Below are positions 51,289 to 60,000 of a DNA stretch of 60,000 bases, in pieces (position 1 is the stretch's first letter; every line of letters starts with the position of its first letter). The notes beneath the pieces are model-generated. The model made no database searches. It was not told the DNA's origin and worked only from the letters and a program-made list of their open reading frames with translations. Location: positions 43,092,001 to 43,152,000 of the forward strand of contig OZ076413.1 of the NCBI GenBank assembly GCA_964187785.1, in the 5' to 3' direction. Source of the DNA: Amphiscolops sp. MND2022 (lineage: Eukaryota). The translations under genes and the position numbers were made by a program.

Positions 51289-52168
51289 CAGGGTTGGGAA
51301 AAATTGTATGTACATATATTGTAAGGTCTATTTTATGTCCCCATACATTATGTACATATTTGAAACACCCAAAATACATAATGTACAATATTTCCATAAT
51401 GGTAGAAATCCTCTATTGTTCTAAGTGAAGAAAAAAATGTTTTTTTTTTCAGATACCTTTATACATGTATTTAATTATAATACACTTTCAACTGTTTTTA
51501 TATTCCATAATGAAGAATTATATTTCAAAAACATGGTTTCTTCCAGTGAAGTTGGATTCATATGAGCACGTGATTTCGTCGCAATATTTCCGGATTGACT
51601 GAAGAGTCTTTCTGCAGTATTCGATGTTGGACAAATAAATGAAACCTCATAACTGGAATCTGCATTTGCTTGTTCATGTTTTTGCTTCTTCAGAACTCTT
51701 TCAGCGTAGCTTTCTGTAGTGCTGGCAACGGAAACCACTGATATATCTGATGTTTTCTTGAAATCTTTTAACAACATTTGTTCATTTCCATCTAGGGGTT
51801 TTGAATCAATGGCTTTAACAATTGCATTTTCAAATTCTGGGTTTTGAATATTTTGTTGTACTGGTTGTTGTAAACAGGGTCGGTGGTAAAAACAGAGGGG
51901 GTATCTAGTCAGTGATATGTGGGTTACGTAATATTCTGAAATGTCCGGCAAAAATTTGAAGTCGAAAAAGATCATCGACAGTTTGAATATAGTTTGCTAT
52001 AACTGTACTTAATTATTTCTTAAAATGTTGGCTTATTAAATTTTGGTAAATATACATAATGTAAAACCGTTCAATACATAATGTACATATGTAAATTTGG
52101 CGCAATACATAATGTACATGCATATATGTACATATATTGTATGTAGAATACATAATTTACCAACCCTG
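51289..52168 (-). mobile_element. hAT deletion derivative (non-autonomous)
   Basis: TIR CAGGGTTGG; 8-bp TSD CTTCTCTA/CGTCTCTA; subterminal TACATAATGTA repeats. Confidence 0.9.
51475..51900 (-). pseudogene. hAT transposase C-terminal (dimerisation) fragment
   Basis: ICPTSNTAERLFSQSG..RAHMNPTSLEETMFLKYN..LW matches the hAT SxxxERxFS signature. Confidence 0.88.
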
Positions 52169-52590
52169 CGTCTCTAGTAGCATGATAGTAGCGTATGCTA
52201 ATCTTGAATCCCTATTTTGTTAAATTTGATTGTCTAATATTTGGAATTAGCCAATTGGAATCAAGATTCAATAATTACGCTAATTTTGGGAAACAAATTT
52301 GAATGTCATTTTGCAAAGTTTCATCGTCCTACACTGTAATGTTTTGGTAGTTGACTTGATTAAATCGTCCGCAAAGGCTGATTCAGCATCCTTAATTCAG
52401 GCTCGAGTACTTTTCATTGAGACGAAAGTTATTGAATCAATTCTACATGAACCATTGCGTTCCATAGATGACAATGACTATGAAGCCTTTCTGAAAGTGT
52501 TTTCACAATTTTCACTTCATCTACGCTAAGGTGAACGACTATTCCGCGTTATTCATATTCATCGCGGCATCAAGACGTGTGCCCTAATTC

Positions 52591-52745
52591 TATCCTCCAA
52601 GCCTATTCCAAAAAAGCTGTCTGCATTTGTGATGGGATATTTCTGGTAACTTCCAAGTGTTGTTTTTACAACACAACAGTTGGAAGTTTCCAGAAATATC
52701 CTATCACAAATGCAAGCAGCTTTTCTGCAATAGCTTTGGAGGATA
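52591..52745. repeat. ~155 bp imperfect fold-back palindrome
   Basis: Arms TATCCTCCAA..TGCATTTGTGATGGGATATTTCTGG..TGTTGT pair with their reverse complement around a short loop. Confidence 0.8.
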
Positions 52746-54639
52746 AAAGTTTGGAGAATAGTTTTTTTTTAAATCTATTCTTTAACGTCAAAGTTTTAGT
52801 CAAATGACTAAAACTATGACATTCAAGAGTAGATTTGAATATATATCGTTCTCTTGTAAGTATACAGTATCGAACTAATGAGTAGAAAAGATTGAAAGGA
52901 TCAATTGGTCAGCGTCATGATGTATGTATAAAGCAAACATGTTATTCAACTCTGCGGTCGTTAGATGTGGTTCCCGGTCACAGCATTTGTAACGTCTCCC
53001 TATTATACAGATATGTTCACTGACATACTCAACAACTGAAAAAGTCGAAGGACTATAACTTCCGCTAGTGGTGCCCGTGTCATCTCAAATACCAGCCGCA
53101 AGAATTGAAAAGGACGAAATCATTAAAAGAGAGCCGGAACACGTGGAAGCAAACCCGAGAAGACAAAAGAACATTGCGCAAAAAGACTTAATTAGCGAAG
53201 TGTTAATTACGCTGATTTTGATAAAAACTCGCGTATCGCTTAGCATGTTGCTACTAATCGTAAATATTGCTTGAAAATTCGTCTTTCTGCTTAATTAAGC
53301 ACACAGTGCTTGTGTCCCCTTTCTTATTGCTGTGTAAAGCCAATAATGCTCTATTTTATTGTATTTTTATGATGTCTTAGCTCCTAACCTACTAATTCTT
53401 CTTCACTTGTGTTTCACTCAAGAAATTTACTAGTTGACACCAATATTCACGTTTCTAAAAGCTATCTAGACTGGTCTTGAAGCAAAAAAATGCTCGTCAC
53501 TGATAGCAGTTGTAGACTGGATTAGGTCGGCAGGTGCTCCTGAGAACCGGGACTCCCTCCCTGATGGGACGTGTTTTACCTACTCAAACGGGAGTTCAAA
53601 TGGGCTTATGGGGATGGGCGGCTGTCCCGGGTAAATACTCATTCTAGAGTTCCTCCAACTCTATCGACGACAGAAGCGACGGTAACTGCTTATCGTTAAA
53701 TTAAACCTTATAATCTGGATTATTTGGCTTTTTTTCCGTTCACTCTTGCGAAGCGCTAAGTTATTCAGCAGCGTCAACCTTAATTGAGACGGGCGTTTTT
53801 CAATTTTTCAGAAAAAATTTAAATCATTAGTCATCTCGAAACTACGTATACCAGAGAATTGAAATATCATTTGAAATGTCTGGTATTGGGCTTTTATTTT
53901 TGTCAGGTAAGCCCTTGTCGCCGCGCGCCTTATTTCTCTTCGCGGCTATTCTGGGGGCGTGTAGTAACAACAGACAATTAATGGGGCTTGTTGCGCAAGG
54001 ACTTTTTGTGGAAAGGTATGGGGTTGCTTTTTTCTAAAGGCCAAGTGCTTTTTAGAAAAAAGGCTTTCGCAAAAACGGAATTTTGGAAAAGTATAACCAT
54101 TTTTCGTGCAAAAAACTCATTTTCCTCCGTTTTGAAGACTTTTTCACTTTTACAAATGTTGTGCCATTCAAACTAATTTAGGTACCAACTAAATGCTGAA
54201 AAAAACTGTGCTAAAGAATATAGGCTACTGGCAAAACGAATGCGACATTGAAAAAAAAGGTTTGGTGCGTTAAAGTCCCCCTGGGTTAATTAGGGTTAAA
54301 GGTTTTCGTTGTCGATTAGGGCCTCCTTTGTCTTGCTTACACACATTTCATATTAACTTTTCAATTGATTGCTCAAAACTATTTTCATAAGGCTTTCGTC
54401 TTCGTGAATGTGTGAGGAGAACTTTCGTATCGGTACCAAATTTCTCTTTGTTTGTTTCATTATTAATTTCCGACCATATTCCATATGGGAAAGAAAACTA
54501 TTTAAATCAAACGGTTTTTCAAACAAAATTCGCCAAGCACCAAATTTATATTCAACTTTAAGTGTGGTACCCATAGAATTCAACTCTCATAAACTTAGCT
54601 TCTTACGAGATGCATCTGTAGAGATCTTCGAAGTTTTTT

Positions 54640-55810
54640 GGGAATGATGAAAATGACCCCTTAATGACTCAAAATGACCCCGAAATTAACAAAATTTCAA
54701 AATTTTCTAAATTTTCAACGTTCTTATGCAATTTTTGTCATTTTTTTCAATAGACTTCGAGGATTAAAATGTTGAAACGACTCAACACGGCAGAAATTCG
54801 TTGTCCAGTAGCCTTTTCCGAAGAGATAATTGCTGTTTTCTAAATGAAATAAATCTCATAATGACACCGAAAATGACAAAAAGCAGGAAGTTTTCCAAGT
54901 TTCAAAGTTTTGATGCAATTTATGTCTAATTTTCGATACACTTCGTAGATTAGAATGTTGAAAATGGTCAACAAGGAAAAATTTTTTGTCCAATAGGCTT
55001 TTTTGAAGAGTTTCTTGCGGTTTTAAAAGTTGAAAATTATCTCAAATGGACACCGAAATAGACAAAAAAATCAAAAACTTTCCCGTTTTCATGATTTTTA
55101 AAAAATTATTGTCAACATTTTGACAGAGTTCGTGGAATGAAGCGTTGTAAACGGCCATCAAGGTAAGATTTTTTTGTCACGCAGTCTTTTATTGAGAGAT
55201 AAGTGCAGTTTCCTAAATGAAAAAATCTGAAATTGACACCGAAAATGACAAAAACCCAAAATTTTGAAACATTCAAAGTTTTTATGCAGTTTTTGTCAAA
55301 TTCTCGATAGACTTTGTGTACTAGAATGTTAAAACTCCTAAAGAAGGGAAGAACTTGCTGATTCAGTGATCTTTCGTAGAGAGATGTTGACGATTTGTAA
55401 TAGAAAATGCCTCAAATTGACTCAGAAAATGTCCAAAAATTTGAAGTTTTTGGTTTTTGATGAATTTTCTATACAATTTTGGAGAGATTTCTTTTATAAG
55501 TTCTAACATAGTCACAAACCAGAGAACGAGCAATGCAGGAGTATTTTTGAAGAACACGTTGCAGCGTTTTGCTTCAGAAACACTTCAGATGAATGACTCC
55601 AAATGAATCGAAAAATCGAAAAACTTCAACAACTTCACGTTTTTAGGCACCTTATCTTTACTCATTGAATCGTTTTGGAGTCAGACTGTTGGCAATCGTT
55701 CAACAAATTTTAAACGCATGGTCCAGCAGGCTTTTGAGGAAAAAGTTGCATTTTTTTGGAAAATAGCTCAAACTCGTCTGCAAAAAGTCAAAAATTCAAT
55801 TTCTCAGTGA
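54640..55810 (+). repeat. Diverged tandem repeat, period ~186 bp
   Basis: TGACACCGAAAATGACAAAAA-like motif recurs near 54675, 54862, 55049, 55234, 55418, 55595. Confidence 0.7.
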
Positions 55811-57983
55811 CTTTTTGTTTGAGATTTGATATGCTTGGTGAGATGAAAGCTTCGAATTGCTTCAGGTGATAAAATTAGGATCACAGCTTGTTTTGGAAGA
55901 GAAATTTGCATATTTTGTGAATGTAATTTTGTTTTAGGTTGGTTGTTTTTATTTTGAGAGCGGTTCCTCGGACTAACCCACATAATGCAAAAACTGAGAA
56001 GTTTCATTTTTCTCTCTTTTCATGCACCTTTTGGTACAGTTTTTTAGCTACTTCCTTGCAAAAATGGTTTTAAAAGAAGTCAATATTGACTAATCCCGGT
56101 CTCCAGTAGGAATTTTTGAAGTTATAGCTGCAATATTTTTGGCCTCGAAAACAACCCAAAATCCAACAAACGACAAAAAAAACGTTTTTTGTCAAATTAA
56201 TCCCAGTTTTTGTTCAAACCACATTTTTTTGGAATAAAAGTTCCGTTGACCTGGACGTTGAAACAATAAGGTATTCGAAACGCAATTTGGGAAAAAATGA
56301 GATGAAGTTCATCGAGTTTACAACAAAGGTGTCAAGACTTCCGAATTTTCTCAATTTTCGACAACATAGTCCCAAGTTTGGACTTCTTTTCAAAAGTTTA
56401 CCTCTATCAGAAAACCCATAGTCTCAGGATTGAAACGTGTGGCCACCAGTAGTGTTTAGAAAATATATTGTTCTGCACAACGTTCAAAATCTTTACTTGA
56501 AAAGGTAAAATTCTTTTTCGACCTTATTTGTGAAGCATTTAATTTTCAAAACCTCCAACTAAAATCACTATATATGGAGTAAACTTTCCAAAATAAATTG
56601 TTTTTGGTGTTTTCCACGTAAGAAAAAAATCTGAGAATTACCCAAAAATCGAAGTCGAAAAAAAGGCATTTTTCGCAACCATCAAGAAAACTTCTGAGTT
56701 CTAAAGGATCAAAAGTAACAAAGAGGTCACCCCCAACACTCGGGAAACTTATTTCATTCACAGATCATCTCAAAAACTATAATTTGCAAAAGATGTTTTC
56801 GAAATGTTTCTCTTCACGCAGTAAGTCGCATAGTGCCAAAAAAAGAAAAGTGGCCAGGTATCGCAGAAATAATAAATTAGGTGTTTCCTTCAAATATGGG
56901 CCAAGAGAAATCAAGGCTTTCTTTTCTTTTTTTTTCATAGTGCATTGGTTATTCATGAGCCTCAAATTTATATAGTTGTTGAACAGTTTGGAACGGGAAA
57001 TATCTCGTTGCTCAGCGGGCGTCTTGTTGTGGAATTTTCTTCTATCGCCTTTCTATTTTTCCTGTCTGCAGTTGTAGAGCAACTTTGGCTATCGGGCTCA
57101 TCTGGATTAACTCGTATGTGGCAATCTTTTCTGACATTTTGTAATTTTGAAAATCGCTTTTGCTCGAAGGAACTGTTTTATGTTACTCAAAAGTTGTAGC
57201 TGTTGGTTTAACTTTCCGAAAGTAAATCCTTGAGTCAAGGATTCCATTAGGACGATTAGGGTGAACAATAATCATATCTGGATCCTAAGTTGTCGTCCTG
57301 AAAAAAAGTAAAATCGAAGTTTTGATGCTTGAGTTTAGTCTTTTTTTTTGTGTTAATACTTTCATTTTTTGTGTCTTGTTTACATCTAGTTCCATGAACC
57401 ATGGTGTTGTGGTGGATCCGGGTGTGCTTTTGATAATGAGGTGATTCTCAAAGTTTTTCACGCTCATCTATCGAGCATTTAGGTATTTAGTTCGATCAAT
57501 ACTTTCGGTTCTATTTTTCTATCGCTTTTAGGCATCTCTGAGCCTGAAACCTTGCTGAAAAATCTTTTGGAAGGATTTTTAAAGATTATTTGAACTCTCG
57601 TCAAGGTTTTGGTGTTTCGAATTTCCGAAAGCTAGGCCGTTTCTGATTAAATTATTTTTTAATCTGCTCATTATGAGAGCACGTGCTTCACAGGAAGTTA
57701 TTTTGAAATAATATTTGTAATTATTTTCTTATAAAATTTTACTCAACGCTTTTCTCTTTTCCAGTTCCGTTCTTCTAGGCCCGTGAGAACTCTAAATTGT
57801 TCCCTCCTTATTTCCTTAAAACTTTGCGGCACGTAAAAGAGTTGCTACACAATATGACTATGTGTTCTAAATTTATCCAGCCATTGATTCAAACGAATCA
57901 AGCCTAGAAGAACCTTAGTCTGGCCTCCGCTTCACTTTTTTTGCTTATTTATTTATCCATTTGTGTGACTTTTTGACCTCAAA

Positions 57984-59879
57984 ATGTCGTGGGGGAGACC
58001 GAATGACAAACAAGAGGTCAAGTACCTAGCAGGCAAGATGTATAAGCCCCCGGAAAACGACAGGAGAACCATTTCTTTGAACCAGGCCTTCAACAGGAGC
58101 TTCTTCTACGTCATGAATCTGGAGGCCATTCCAGACGACCAGCAAGCCAAGGCAGATTTTTTGGAGCTCGTCAAAGGTGAGTTGGAGGTAAAGATGACGT
58201 CATCAAAGCAACACATTTTTCGGCAACTGTTTCGAGGGTTAACGACTAAACTGAAAAAAGTTTATTTCGAGTGACTTTCGGTTTTGTGATTCAAAATTTT
58301 TTGTACTACGGTATGTCGGCTCTGTTTGCCAGGATAAGATCCACCATGGCTAAAAGAAGCTTGAAATGAAGGTTATAACCTTCATTTCAAGCTTCTTTTA
58401 GCCATGGTGGATCTTATCCTGGCAAACAGAGCCAACATACCGTAGTACAAAAAATTTTCAATATTTCCGCAACTTTACGCGTGTTTGTGGAAAGGTGAGA
58501 GTTTCGATGCGAAACATGGCTATAGCCATGTTTCACATCGAAACTCTCACCTTTCCACAAACACGCGTAAAGTTGCGGAAATATTGAAAATTGGCACAAA
58601 TTAGTTGCTAATTGTTGGAATTTATGCATCAAAATAGAGTTTTCGATAAATTTTAGTTTTTCCTCTACATGTCTGGAGGAGAGATGGAAATAAAAAGAAT
58701 CTTCGCGTTTATAGACGCGTTATAACTTGTAATAGTAATGAATATAATTACGTGTTACAGGGTTACTTATGACTCTCATGGACGCCATCTCCAAATACGA
58801 GGATGAAAGAAGAGCAGCCAGACAACGAGGTGAACTTGCTTTTATTTGCTTTGAAAATTATAACTGCTGCTTAATGAAACTTCAAGGCTTAAAATTGTCA
58901 CCAAAACATTGATGAATCTTTCAAGCAGCTTGATAAAAGTTAAATACAACAGGGAAATATTTTTAGAAAATCATCATGAAAGTTGTTGGCAACATTAAAG
59001 TACATGCCAAAAATTCAAGCAGTTTCAACAAGGGTTTCAAGCAGCCAAACTTATACTAAAAACTTCATTAGTTTCAAGAAAGTTCTGGCATTTTCCCAAT
59101 ATTTCTCAATATTTCCCATTAATACTTTTAATCCAATCAGATTTGACTTCTCGTCTCTTTGCTTTCAGGTGGCAAAGCTCAGATAATGTTGAAAGAACCA
59201 GACGAGAAACCATCCAAGTCTTTAAAAGAGGAATCGAATGATTCGCACATCAAGGAACTCAACAGACTCAGGGCTGAGAATGAAAAACAGAGTGAGATTT
59301 TGTAAAAAACTATTGCGAACTCGAACAGTCGTTAAGTCCCAATTGAACATCAAGAAAAAACAATCAGAGAACGGCCCAAGCCAGAGCTTCACTCAAGCGT
59401 CAAAAAGCTGAAATATCTATTAAGTCTTTGAAACCAAACTCATAGAACCAAAAAAATCATAGAACCAAACTTGCATTTGGGCATTTTTTGGGGTTGAATG
59501 AAAAATTTGGTGTATGAAATTTCTGATTGCTTCTCTCTGAAAACATTCGTCTACTGGAATTCTCTTAGTTCTTTTCTCGGGGGGTTCGGAGTTTTAAAGA
59601 CTTCAAGTTTTCTGAATTTTAGAGAAGATGATTGAAAAGCTGAAAAAGGCTATAAAAAAGCTGAAGAAGAAGTTGAAGAAGAAAGACAAGAAGAAATCAG
59701 ATGACGAAGAAGATGAGAAGGAAGAAGATGAAAAAGAAGAAGACGAAGGCGATGAAGGCGAAGATGACGAGGATGAAGGGCAAGAGTCGAAAGATGATGA
59801 GTCTGTCGAGAAGGAGACCAAGGACATTGGAACTCAAACTGCGGGGGGTCGGAACAGTTTGACCGTTAAGACCTGTTGA
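57984..59879 (+). CDS. Predicted four-exon gene (~213 aa), coiled-coil plus Lys-rich/acidic tail, unknown function
   Basis: Exons 57984-58176, 58761-58829, 59169-59291, 59623-59879 with GT..AG, all phase 1, give one open 642-nt frame. Confidence 0.55.
58293..58592. repeat. Two adjacent spacer-less palindromes (58293-58458, 166 bp; 58453-58592, 140 bp)
   Basis: Each pairs across its centre (GGTTA|TAACC; GGCTA|TAGCC) with a single mismatch. Confidence 0.95.
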
Positions 59880-60000
59880 GAATCCCAAAATTTTTTGTTT
59901 CTTTCAAAGCTTAGTACATGTAGGCATTTATTCGGTTTAGTTTAGTCTTCCGTGGCATGTTATGAGTTTTGAATCTTAACTGGATTACCGAAAAAAAAAC

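Noticed and set aside
54640..55810. CRISPR-like repeat-spacer array
   Set aside because: Whole units are similar and diverged, no unique spacers or cas genes; eukaryotic context.
56100..57900. Degenerate non-LTR retrotransposon fragment
   Set aside because: Only a PWF-like hint; no RT or endonuclease motif could be read.

Overview
AT-rich eukaryotic (animal-like, spliceosomal GT-AG introns) DNA dominated by transposable elements. It contains two related giant (15-16 kb) Ty3/Gypsy LTR retrotransposons: element B (6683-22876, minus strand, young, nested in the 5' LTR of an older decayed Gypsy element A) and element C (24949-40304, plus strand). A diverged solo LTR of the B lineage lies at 47204-49485. 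B and C share an unusual layout: long LTRs that encode the first 126-188 Gag codons, -1 slippery gag-pol junctions, then an ANTISENSE, multi-intron gene of about 1,100 aa (C2H2/BED-like zinc finger plus a probably inactive hAT-transposase-like body, two intron positions shared between B and C). That gene is head-to-head with a further sense ORF that runs into the 3' LTR through a non-canonical polypurine tract. The rest of the window holds a small two-exon membrane-protein gene whose ~20 kb intron contains C, a decayed Merlin (ISXO2-like) transposase caught in a 1.8 kb tandem duplication, a hAT deletion derivative, MITEs, a diverged ~186 bp satellite, and a spliced coiled-coil/acidic gene with two back-to-back near-perfect palindromes in its first intron. 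Exon models and alignments were built by eye; no database searches were run.
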